In this document: piece by piece, positions 40,391 through 52,891 of the stretch
Layout of the letters: each line of letters begins with the position of its first letter
Numbering within the stretch: position 1 is the stretch's first letter
Source: Octopus vulgaris
Taxonomy: Eukaryota
Reading direction: 5' to 3'
Assembly (NCBI GenBank): GCA_951406725.2
Contig: OX597840.1
Location: 21,142,001 to 21,206,000, forward strand
DNA: 64,000 bases
Made by a program: the position numbers and the translations under genes
The notes under the pieces: model-generated
Told to the model about the DNA's origin: nothing
The model's input: the letters and a program-made list of their open reading frames with translations, nothing else
The model's database searches: none

Positions 40391-43300
40391 GTTTGTTTTC
40401 CAGTTTCAGCTCTTGAGCTGTGACCATGCTGGGGCCACGTGTGTATGTATGTATGTATGTGTATGTATGTATATACGTTGCTCCAGTCCACTCAGCCAGC
40501 AAACAGGAAGGAGTCGTGCCTGTAATTCAAAGGGACGAACCTTCTCACATGTTGTGTCATACCGAATCTCCCTGAGAACTACGTGAAGGGTACACAAGTG
40601 TCTGTGGAGTACTCAGCCACCTGCACGTAAATTTCATGACCAGAGACTGATCTGTTGATTGTTGTAACCTATGGGAGGGCCAGTTGTCATTGACAACCAC
40701 CGACTCTTGAACATTCTCAATTGAAAAGAAGGGACCCGCTCTAGCCCCACCCCTCAGGTAACAAATACAATATATATATATAAATCTGGTGTGTGTAAAT
40801 ATATATAGGCCAGTAAATTGGAGGAGAAGGGTAAGACAATACCATGATTCCCAGCAGAATTTAATTGAACTTTGATGTTCTGATGATTCTGTGAATATTT
40901 CTCCCCAATAATAATAATAATAATAATTTCTAATTTAGGCATAAGACCAAAATAACTTTGAGGGTGGGGGTAAAGTCGATTGCTCTGACCCCCAGGACTT
41001 GACTGCTACTTTACTTAATCAATCCCGAACGGATAAAAGGCAACAGTGACCTCAGCAGAATTTGAACTCGGAACCTAAAGCCAGCAAGCAATTCTGCCAG
41101 CCCCTCTCTGCCTTTGGTAATAATAATCTTTTCTACTCTAGGCACAAGGCCTGAAATTTTGGGAAGGGGGGAGAGGCTGGTTGATTACGTGGACCCTCCC
41201 ACCACCACTCTACCAAAATTTATTAAAAAAAACCTCAGAAGAATTTGGATTCAAGATATAAAAGAGGAGGAACTGCTTGGCAGCATTTCACCTGGGACCC
41301 CTAACGATTGCCACCCTATTAATAATAATTGCGCTTTCTATTAAAGGCAGAAGGCCTGAAATTTTGGGGGAGGGGATGACTCGATTTCATTGACCCCCAA
41401 ATGTTCAACTGGTACTTATTCTATCAACCCCAAAAGGATGAAAGGCAAAGTCAATCTCGGCAGAATTTGAACCCGGAACATAAAAACAGACGAAATGCCA
41501 CTAAGTATTTTGCTTGGCAATGCTAAACCATTCTGCCAGCCTCTCTCTCTCTCTGCCTCACATAATAATAATGGTTTAAGATTTTGGCACAAGGCCAGCA
41601 ATTCAGATAAAAGCAAAGTCGACCATGGCAGAATTTGAACTCAGAACGTAGCGATGAGCGAAATACTAAGCTTTCCCTTTAGCATGCTAACGATTCTGCC
41701 AGTTCGCCATCTTAAAAATGATAATAATAATAATCCTTGCTATTATAGGCACAAGGCCTGAAATTTGTGGGGAGGGGACTAGTTGATTACATCAAACCCC
41801 AGTACACAACTGGTACTTAATTTACTGACCCCAAAAGAATAAAAGGTAAAGTTGACCTCAGAGGAATTTGAACTCAGAACGTTAAGACAAATGAAATGCT
41901 TCAAAGCATCTTACCTGGTGTGCTAACCATTCTGCCAACTCACTGCCTCAATAATAAAAATAATAATAATAATTTCACTTACTGTGGCACCTTGTCACTG
42001 GTGGAGAATCACGAATCCCTTCGATATTACAAACCCTCAGTTTTTTCCTAAGACTTCAGTTCCATATGGTGGAGTCACAGTCTCACCATAACTTAGGGAG
42101 CACTTCGTTAGCTTACCTCATTAACAACTTACCACAGCTTTATTTAACTGTAATTAGCTGGAACGAACTAAATTGTTTTTTTTTTCCCTTGAATCTGTTT
42201 TAAATAACTTCAGAGGAAAGAATTAAAAAAAAAAAATTACAAAAGCATTCTTTTTTTGTTTTGTTTTTCAAAATATTTCAGGAAGAAAATAATAAACCCA
42301 GGTTTCAAATTACCCCATCAACAAATAAGTCCAGGGGCCAGGGTTTCAAATCAGTCCAACAACAATAAAACATACAAATGCCATGTTTTTTTTTTAATAT
42401 TTTTTCTTCCTTTTTTTTTTGTTTTTCCTCACCCCTCTTCTTTTTTGTATGTTTAGAAATTGTCCCTTGTCCAAAAATGCAGGGGTTTTGTGTATTTTAC
42501 AAACTTTGTACAGTATTTAATCATTTAAAACAATTAAAAAAAAAAAGAAAAATGTCCAAAAAAAAACCGAGAGAAAATTTGAGAAGAAACAGACGATGCC
42601 TTCAGTTCTGCTCCAATAAACATCGAGTGTAACGTCACCCTCCACTCACACTCGAGGGGCACCACTAATAATAAAAAAAAAAAACAAATAACAAATTATA
42701 TGATGTCTTGAGATGGGACAAGTTGAAGGGGTTTTTACCCCCAACAATAGGGTTTTCTCTTCAAAACAATTTTTAAAAATAAACAAGCAAAAATGGAAAA
42801 CAATTCTCTTTCAGTTTCATTCGGTCAGGATTTCGCCTTTGTTTGTCATTAAGTAAAAAATTCTGTTTTAATATAAAATCCTTAAAGTCAATCCCTTTTT
42901 CATAGGCACCATAATGACCCCATCCCAATCGTTTTTCTAGGCAAGGAAGGGGACAGAGAGGATGGTGGCGGCATAATCGGAACTTAAAAGTATTGATGCC
43001 TTTTCCTAAAAGAATTAGCACCAAATTGGTAACAGGGAATAGGAACCGAATCCTGGTCTTGCAGGTTGGCTCTGAGCCTCGACAGACGGACAGACTGCCG
43101 CCGCCAGACACACACATCGGAACTTAACTCCAGACACAGAACAGAACTTAACCAAATAAAACAAGATTTGAAAGAAAAAAAGAAAAGAAAAACAATAGTA
43201 TAATAGAAAAATAAAAGAAAACCTTGGATTAAGCCTGAATGTCTAGTGCAGTGATTCCCAGCAAGGGGCCCAACGCCTGATGGGTGGGGCCAGGGAAAAT

Positions 43301-45998
43301 TGTGGTAGGGCATGGTGCCGTTGTCCCCTGGCATAAGACGGTTCTCATTAAAAGTATTTCCTTTTTTACTTTCTTACTCAATAACGTACTCTCTTTTCGT
43401 ACTCAGTACTCAAGAAAAGAGTTCCTACGGATTCTTTTGTGATAAAATATTAAAAATAAAGTCGGTTTTTTTCCCAACCACCAGTGAGGCATATTTTTCT
43501 GGAAAGTTATAGAGAGGGTCCCTGGTGGGGGTGGGGTAATAGGTTTCGAGATACATTGGATCTCGTGTCTGCCCTGACTGTCCTACACTCCGTTCCCCCG
43601 CCAACTCAGGCCCCTCCCCTGGCCACTGTGTCACAACACTTCCAAACTCCTGCCAAAGTGTAGAGGAATCTTCCCTTTCCTGGTTTGAACCATGAAATAT
43701 TTCACTGAGACAAACATTATGCTTGGTTTTTTTCTTAATCTTTCTCTCAAGACGGAGAAACACATTTTCTATACTATGCATGTAACCCCCCCCCCCAACA
43801 CTGATGGCTGCTACTACTACTACTACTGCTGCTGCTGTTGTTAGCCAACAAGAAAGGGCCCTGGTGCTTGGCCTTCTATAAAACACAACTGCATCTCCCT
43901 CAAAGCACACCCCACCATTCTTCAATGAGGAAAGGATACACTGGCAGCAGACTCCTTAAGAACCCTCTGCCATATGGTCACAAGAGGAATGTCTCTGACC
44001 ACATCTGCTCAATCAGGAATGGCCTAGGGTTAAAAAAACAAGGACAGCTACTGCTATGGCTTCTGCTACTACCAGCCGCTAAGAGAAAAGAAATGGATAC
44101 ACACACACACACACACAAAGAGCTCAGCTTGAAACCCTTTAACAATAAAGGTATTTTATATTTTATAAGGGTTCCTTGTTTTTTTTTATCTATATTTCCT
44201 TAAAAAAAAATGACCACCACCACAAGTGAGGGGCTATAGAAAATACTGCTCCTTAGATAAAAGGGATCACAGTTATCAAATCAAAGAGGGTCTTTTTGTA
44301 TGACAGAAATCACAGTAGGCAGTTTTTTTTAAAGAATTCTGAGTGTTCATTTATTTAAGGGGCCAATGTCTAGGGGTAGGGAGTTGTCTGTTAAGTAATA
44401 CACAATCCTTACAGTGAAAGGAAGTTGTGGGACACACATCTAAAGGTAACTTTGTTACTCGTTATAAATAAATTGATAATATTTAAACATGCTAAAAATA
44501 TCAGCGTTACTGACCCCTGCATGTTATTGCAGCCGGCCCCAGGACTCACAGGGGTGGTTACCCTGTTTCCATGATGGATAAGTGACTGAAATCGCAACAC
44601 TGCCCCTGGAACGAATGCTAGTCCCTTGCAGGGTCACTCATTTTACAGCCAAATGGACTGAGGCAATGTGAAATGAAATGTTTTGCTAAAGAATACAAAG
44701 GCATCGTCCAGTGTCTAGAATTGAAACCACCACCTTCGGATTGTGAGTCCAACAGCCTGACCCCCAGGCTATGTGGCTTGTTGAAAAAGGATCAATGGAA
44801 TTGCCATTAAAACAAATTTTAATGGGTGACTGATGTTAAGGGAAGGTGAGGCTCGTACACTTTCCTTGGCCCCAGATGACACTGTACCAACAATACTCTA
44901 CCAAGACATAGGGATCTTCTCAAATTCCACCAAATGGGTGATTGTGTGGAAAACTGTGCCCCGGGAGGAACACATGGAGGAAGCTCAGGAGAGTAACGTT
45001 GGCAAAATACCAGGAGCTGGTAGAGTAGTGCAAAAATCAGGGCTGGCAGGAGTAGGCCTTCGAGTTATTGATTGGGGGGTTGTTTTTGCAAAGCTCTGAG
45101 TGAGCTTGGAGTTACTGGTGCAACAAAGACGAGGGTTATAAATTCTAGAACCAAAAAAACTGCCGAGGAAGAGGCCATTAAGTGGTTTTGGACAAAGAGG
45201 AGAGACCAGTGGTTTGCTGCTATTGGGATGCATTTTGGGACTTGATCAATCCCCTACATGGGAGGGTCTGATGTTGAAGAACCCGAGAACCCCAGAAACA
45301 TCACTGATGATGCCACCACAAAACATAAAAGGAAAACTTAAAACAAATTACTAAAGAAACAATAGAAGGACATATTGGTTTTTGCTGAGCTCAATCATAG
45401 GACAAGCGTGGACCTGATGGGGTTTCAGTCCCTCTTACCAACCCCAGCAATAAGTGCCAGGCTAGGTTACACTTTCTAACACCAGTGGAAACATAAACAC
45501 AGCTATACATACATGTATCATACACATACACACGTGTGTATGTGTATATTTGATGAACTTGCAGATATTGTCATCTACTGAATTCCATTAATTGAGGTTA
45601 TTTCGAGAACATACCTGCCCAAGGTGCCACACAGGAGGATCAAACCCAGGGGTTGCGAGGCCAACTTCTTAAACCACACAGCCATTCTAGCAGCCAACGA
45701 ATTAAATTAAAACTGTTTAAAAATGAGAAAATAAACAATGAGGCCCCTCAAGGCAGCCATAATAATAATAATAATAACAATAATAATCCTTCCTTCTATA
45801 GGCACAAGGCCTGCAATTTTGGGGGAAGGGACTAGTTGATTACATGAAACCAGTGTGTGACTGGTTCTTGGTTTATCTACCCTGAAAGGATGAAAGGCAA
45901 AGTCGACCCCAATGGTATTTGAACTCAGAACGTAAAGACAGATGAAATACTGCTAAGCATTTCACACGGTGAGCTAACGATTCTGCCAACTCACCACC

Positions 45999-46032
<34 letters not shown>

Positions 46033-46227
46033 CGATAATAATAATAATAATAATAATAAAGAAACAAGAAACATCTAAAAAAAAATAAAGTAAAATAAAA
46101 ACTAAATATACAAGAACAAAAATAGCCCAGCAAGACAATCCCAAGGATTCACACACAGACACACAGACAGAAAAGGAGGGGAAAAAAAAAAGGTGTCTTT
46201 AAAGGCAAGACAAATTTCTGAGCTGAC

Positions 46228-46510
46228 CACCTCAACTGGCAATACAGAGTGTTTGGAAAGAATTGAAAACTATCTTCTACTGAGATATTTTGAAAATCCG
46301 GTGCTTTTACATACAGAGTGTGGTTGGTGCTGGGTGCTGTGGGGGGAGGTGGCATTGGTGAGGTGTGGGAGAGTATTCGGATAAATGGTGCGGATAGGTG
46401 GTGGTGGATGTGAGAGTTTTGTGAAGGTTGAGTCAGAAATGGTGCTGATGGCATTGCTGGTAGTTGTGGTGGTGGTGGTTGTGGTGGTGATGGCAATCTG
46501 GGTGGTGTTG
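46228..46510 (-). CDS. Candidate proline-rich exon of the minus-strand gene
   Basis: (CT)n tract plus ctaccag acceptor; phase-1 frame open (xTPPRLPSPPQPPPPQLP...FFPNTLYCQL); weak tandem donors AG|GTG|GTCAG. Confidence 0.4.
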
Positions 46511-49419
46511 CTGGTAGAAATCAAAAAGAGAGAGAGAGAGAGAGAAGTAAGATGAACCGAGAGAGATTAAACTAAAGGCCACAACAGAAGGGTCAGACAG
46601 GGCAACAGGCTAAGTTATGGTCGGATAATAGAGAAATGCTTCTCACGTCGTCTCTCCAAATACTTTTTTTACAACTACAGGACTAGTAGGCAGTGATGGC
46701 CAGTTGACCTGGTTGAAACCACTTTACATGTGTTACTGAATGAATAATTCTGGGAAAGGCACAAATATCACAACTTCCCATCTCCTTGTCTCTCAAAAGA
46801 AAAAAGAAAAGAAAAATAATGCCATCTTCAAGCCTTTAAAATTTCTCTTGGAGAGAGAAACCGGCTGATTCTAGCATTGAACACAACACGAAACATACAC
46901 AAAGACACAGAACGGGTCAGTGCACAAAATGGCACATTGGGGTCACAGGATTATTAAAGGATTGTTTAGACATCTGTGGTGGAGAGTGACAAAATCAGAA
47001 TGGTGTTTGTTAACAATCATGGTTTTATAGATTTCTTTAAAAAAAAAAAACAAACCCCAGCAGAGTGACATTATAAGAACTTCTAAAATTGGCACAGAGG
47101 CCACAAATGTTTTTGGAAAAGGGTTTCTGTGTTTAGCCATCAGGAAAATGAAGGGTGCTTATTTTAAGTCACCTCCCGCAGAAGTTTAAAAGTAAAAAAA
47201 AAAATCAGTCTGGGTCGGATTTAAACTCTGAATATGCAACCAACATTCCCTCTCCGTGTCGCAACGGGGTACCAATGGTGCCATGCGCCTCAAAATGATG
47301 TCGCACTCGTTTTGGTTTACAAAATACAATTGTAGTTTTTTTGGGGCATTTGCACAATTCTGCCATTTCCAAAAACTGAAGACAGGGTTCGCTCCCACAT
47401 CTTGCAGCACCAAAATAAATGATGCCACACACAAATTTCTGCTTTATTTCGGCAGCTGTGAAAATGTAAATGTCAATATAGGACAATGATGACAATCTAA
47501 TTAAGACAGGTGTGTTTTCATTACAGAGCCTCAGGTAAGAAAAAAACAGTTTCAGATACAAAATGTGTCACAGTCTCAAAATACCTTTTGCTAAAAGCAT
47601 AAAAGATTTCCACTCAGTGGTTAGGAAAGAATTAGAGGGGGGGTGGTGCTGGATGGGGCCTAAACACCACAAGGCATTTAGTTCACCAGTCTACTACTTC
47701 TGCTACAACGACAATGGTTTTCAAAGGTCAAAGGTCAATGCTGGCACAGGAAGAGGAGTGAGGGGAGGATAAAAACTCTCCCCCCATTCCCCTTTGTGGT
47801 GTTGGGGAGATGGAAATTGAAAGTCGACCCTTGTGGGATTTGAACCCAGATCAGACGAAGACAAATCTAAATACGGTAAGGCATTTAGTACAATGGTCCA
47901 CCACTACCACGCTTCTGGCAACTCATTGCTTTTATTATTGACATAAAGATAATAATAATAATAATAATAATAATATGCTTTCTTAGGCACAAGGGGGGAG
48001 GGGGGATTTGATTGATTGGACCCCAGTGTTTAACTGGTATTTTATTCACCTTAGGGGAAAAAAGAAAAAGAAAAATTGAAGGCAAAGTCAATAATGAAAG
48101 TGAATTTGGAACCATGAGGGACAAAGCTTAAAAATTACTTCATTCTTGTCTTCACTCATCATCTATCCTGCCTTAACGATGACAATTAATTAGAGTTAAT
48201 GATTGCTAGGAGAGGCAACAGTTGAAGACACCAATAGGTTATTGGTACTTTATTTTATGAAGCCACTAAAATATGAAAAGTGAAGTCGACCCTGCTTCTA
48301 AAAGGGTCACGTTCTGATGAGAGAGAGAGAGAAAACGGTCAAATGTGTGGAACCCTGTGGTTTATTCTATCAAGCCCCTCAAAGATGGAAGCCAAAGTTG
48401 ACCTCTGTGGGGTTTAAATATTACAGGAATATAATGATGACAATTTTTTTTTTAAATGGGCTCAAGGTGAGAAATTTGGGGATCAGTGTTGAGCTGGTCC
48501 CCTCAACCGAGTCTTTCAGTGGTAGGTCCAGCTTTGTTTATCACTGATCTGCTTCATTCATCACTGATCTGCTCTATTGTGAACTATGTTATGTTTATCA
48601 TAGATTGATCTGTGATGGCACAGGTAAGCAATCAATTAAAGATTTCTGCTTGACCTGCAAAATCATGACCCAATGACCATCCACAATGTTCAGGACAACT
48701 TGGGGACAGGAAGGGGTCCCCAGAACAAAACCTATTTTACTCATACATCCTATCATTCATTCAACACTGTTATTTCAGAACCAAACATCTGTGATAAATG
48801 AAGAGAGATGTGCTTTGTTTTATTGACCCAGGAGAGACAAAAGGTAAAGTTTACGTAAGCAGGATTTGAACTCAGAACTTAAAGAACTGGAAGAAAAGCT
48901 GCTGCTCGGCATTTGGTCCGAGGCCCTAATTAAGGGTTCTGTCAATCCCTATAACAACTTTTTCTATCAACTCCTGCACACAGATTTTTAGGGGAGGGGA
49001 AACAAATCGAATGACCCCAGGATTTATCAAACCCCTGAAGGATGAAAGGCAATGTGAAACCCTGTAGGGATTTAACTTAGAACATAAGAAAACACCACAA
49101 GGCATTTCATTTAGCCCAGTACTCTTGGTTTCAGCCATTTGTCCTGCCATGATGATGATGATGATGACGATATTCAAGACGAGCGATGGTGGTGGTAGTG
49201 GTGCCTCTTGTAGGAGGAAATCGTTACAAAACAATCGGTCCTTTGTACTCTGAAGTACTTTGGAGATGACTTTGTAAATGATGGGGAAAAAGGAAGACAG
49301 AGAGGCAGAGGGAGAGAGACGGTCGGTCAGTTGTAAGATGGACAACGGTCAGAAGACGGGCAGCGGAGGGTGACTATCAAACAAAGAGGTAACACAGAAC
49401 ACGTTACTGAATCACCCAC

Positions 49420-49437
49420 CTTATACAGCATCAGTCT
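49420..49437 (-). CDS. Candidate 18-nt microexon (phase 1: ETDAV*)
   Basis: ttttccag|AGACTGATGCTGTATAAG|gtgggt. Confidence 0.45.
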
Positions 49438-49544
49438 CTGGAAAACTGATGATGATGATGATGATGATGGCTTAACCCAGATACACACAAAATCTATTTT
49501 ACAGAATTTAAGTTTTGAGGAGATGGAGGCAAGATTAGCCGGTT

Positions 49545-50085
49545 CGCCTTTTAAAATGGCCAGATCTGTCCTCTCACGCTTATCCTACAATGTCATTCTA
49601 AAAATAGACAATCACATCGTTGAAATTTCCAACCTATGAGATAATCCACGATTAATTGAAGAGAACGTGAATAAATAAGCAACAGAGTTGAGAGAGCAAT
49701 CTGGGTGGTGAAGGGTTCGAGTCACAGAGATGCAAGGAATGGTGGGTGGGTGGGGGGAGAAGAATAGAAAAGAGAAGTCACTAGGGTAAAAGAAAAAAAG
49801 GGAGGAATGAAATCTAGTTTGCTAAACTTATTTCTCTCTCTCTCCTCCTTTCTGTTTATCTCTGTAATACGGAAGACGAACCATCAACAAACGGAGTGCC
49901 CCAGCATGGCCAGAAGTTAAAATTGACCAGATCCAGCCTCTCACACCTACCCTACAATGTCATCCTAAAAGTAAACAATCCCATCATTGAAATCTCAAAG
50001 CTACGAGATAATCCAGGATTAATTCAAAGCAATATGAATAAATAGAGATTACTTTTGACAGAGGAACCAGAATTTTAAAGGGTCA
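49545..50085. repeat. Two adjacent degenerate copies of a MITE-like repeat
   Basis: ccagatc..cctctcac..cctacaatgtcat..gagataatcca..attaatt..aagggt occurs twice. Confidence 0.6.
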
Positions 50086-50483
50086 AACAGTCCCTAGACA
50101 AAAGGGGGAAATTAACGCTCTAGCAGGGATTGAATTCAAGTTATTGTACTTTTTACTCAGCCATGCCCATCTCTGCCAATTTAGCAGTAACGATGCTCTT
50201 TGATAATTAATAATGGTATAATATAATCAATTTTTAATTATAGCCCAAGGTCACACGTTTGGTGTGGTGGTGGGGAGGGGGGAAGAAGAGACCAGGCGTT
50301 TAAATTGAATGTTACTCTCTTTGATCACCCGCCCCCAGAAGGAGGAAAGGCAAATTTGCCCTTGGCTTGGTTTGAACTCAGAACCTTAAAAAAAAGCTGT
50401 CACAAAATATTGCAAGACATTTCATTTCTATCTTCTGATTTTATCGTTTTGTCATTCTGTTGCCCCAATAATAATAATAAAAT

Positions 50484-50531
<48 letters not shown>

Positions 50532-52383
50532 TTTTGTGACATTGGCATAGGGCCAGGGATTTGGGGGGGAGAATGAGGTTATGAGGTTAGTTTATTGCAG
50601 TGATCCCCAGAACGTAACTGGTACTTTTATTTTATTGGCTCAGGAAAGGTGAAAGGCAAAGTTGACCCTGGCAGGATTTGAAACTGAGGACAAAAAGACC
50701 CAGGATGAACACAACTAAGGATTCGTCTGAGACGCAAACAATTTTGCCAACCTGACGTCCTAATGGAAATAATAACAATAACAACAATAATAATAATAAC
50801 AGGTAAATTTAACAATGGCAGCACAGGGCTAAATTTTTAGAGGGGAGGGGGCGTGGGTCATAGTTGATGTAATTAATCCTAGAGTTTGACTAGGAATTTT
50901 AGATTTGGTCCCTCAGAAGACTGGCAGGTAAAGTTGACCCCGGTGGGGCTTGAACCCCCCAACAAAAAAAAAGGGATGTGACTAAACATTGCAAGGCAAG
51001 GATGATGGTTTCAATAAGAATTATACGAAGTGGTTGGCAAAACAGAATTAAATGTGCCCCTCCCCCACCATAGAAGGGGGCAAAATATAATGGCAGTTGT
51101 GGGATATGATCTTGAAGGGGGGTCTTGGTCATTTTTGTCCATTTAACCATTTCCCCTCACCATCATCATCATCATCATCATCACTAACAACAACAACAAT
51201 GGTCTCAATTTTGGCACAAGGCCAGCAGTTTTTGAGGAGAGGGGGTAAGTCGATTACATCGACCCCCAGTGTTCAGCTGGTACTTATCGACCCCAAAAGG
51301 ATGAAAGGCAAAGTCTACCTCGGCAGAATTTGAACTCAGAATGTAAAGACAGATGAAACACTGCAAAGCATTTTGTTTGACGTGCTAACGATTCTGCCAG
51401 CTCGTCAACTTAATTATACTAATAAAAATAATAATAATAATAATGGTTTCAAATTTTGGCACAAGGCCAGACCCCAGGGCTCAACTCGGGCAAAAGTCAA
51501 CCTTGGCAGAATTTGAACACAGAACTTAAGGAGGAACAAAATGCTGCTCAACTAATTAATAACATAAATAATGGTGGCTAATTTAGGGGCAAGCAATTTG
51601 GAGAGAGGAGTTAATTAACTTAACGAGCCACAGTACTTGACAGGGGAAGCTGTTTTATAGACCCTGGTGGGATGAAAGGCAAAGTTCATATTAATAATGG
51701 TTCTTAAATCAGACATAAGGCCAGTAATTTGGTGAGAGGTGTGGGTAAGTCAATTTCACGAACCCCCAATATATGACTGGTATTTTATTTTATTCATCAA
51801 CCTAGGCAGGATTTGAATTTAGAACATTAAAAGAGTTGTAACTAGACACTGACATCTTGAAAAGCATTTAGTCCAAATTCTCTAATGGTTCTGCCAACAC
51901 ACCAAATATCTCAGAAGAGGTCCTGGGCCATAGTTTCAAAGAAAAGGAAAAACCATTGTTGTGAGAGCAGGTTTTTTTGTCTGAGTCCTGAACCAAGCAA
52001 CAATAACAAGATATCAAAATTAGGCCACAGATTTAGGTCAGCAAGGCATTATTGCCACAGCATCACATCTCTTCTTGTTTAAAGCAGTATGTTACGGTAC
52101 TTTTATAAACTTTTAAACAACATACAAGAAGAGTGTCTTTTTTTCTTTTCTTTTCCAGGCACTAAATTTTCCTTTGTAATGAAAAGTTGAAGGTTAAATC
52201 ATCAAAGAAACCGACCCCTTAGTATCTTACAGACCTGTATATGGATGTGGGTAGACACACAAACACAAGGGGTTTTACGCAAACACACACACATTTTCCT
52301 ATTTCACTTAGGTATTGAAATACTAATAACCTGGTGTAGAACTCAATACAGGTATGCTTCAGAATGTAGTGTTGAATACAGAG

Positions 52384-52466
52384 TGGCTCTGATGAAGCTC
52401 TAAGTTGATACTCAAGCACTCAACTCTGAGTGCATTGCATTTTACAGCAGAAACAGCTGTTAGCCA
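52384..52466 (+). ncRNA. Degenerate hammerhead ribozyme motif
   Basis: tggct-CTGATGA-agctctaa...ttacagca-GAAA-cagctg-TT-agcca; stem II has mismatches. Confidence 0.55.
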
Positions 52467-52852
52467 ATGCAGTTCATAAGATAATTGTCTATTCTTTTGC
52501 CATCTCAGTTTCTCATATTATATATACATACTGCCCTTGGAGGGATGTCAACTTCAATAGGATTTGAACTCACGAATATGAGATACTGTAAGGAGTGTTT
52601 AATCTAACTGCACATTGTCTATAATAATCTTGTCCTGATAATAATAATAATAATAATAATAACAATAATGATGATGATAATAATAATAATGATGATGATG
52701 GTGATGACGATTTTTTTTTTTTTTTTTTTTTACCTTAGGCACAAATGCTAATTTTTAACAGGAAATAGTCCTAACAATTCACAAGATCCCTGCTATTTGT
52801 GAAAACCCTTTTTTTTTTTGAGCCTGAAGGGACAAAAGACACAACGAAACAT

Positions 52853-52891
<39 letters not shown>

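Noticed and set aside
42773-43135. Additional minus-strand terminal exon
   Set aside because: The acceptor and frame are ambiguous and all three frames give unrecognisable peptides, so it is left uncalled
44985-45233. 82-aa minus-strand ORF as a standalone gene
   Set aside because: No recognisable domain; it may be UTR of a further alternative exon (weak acceptor near 45305), but support is insufficient
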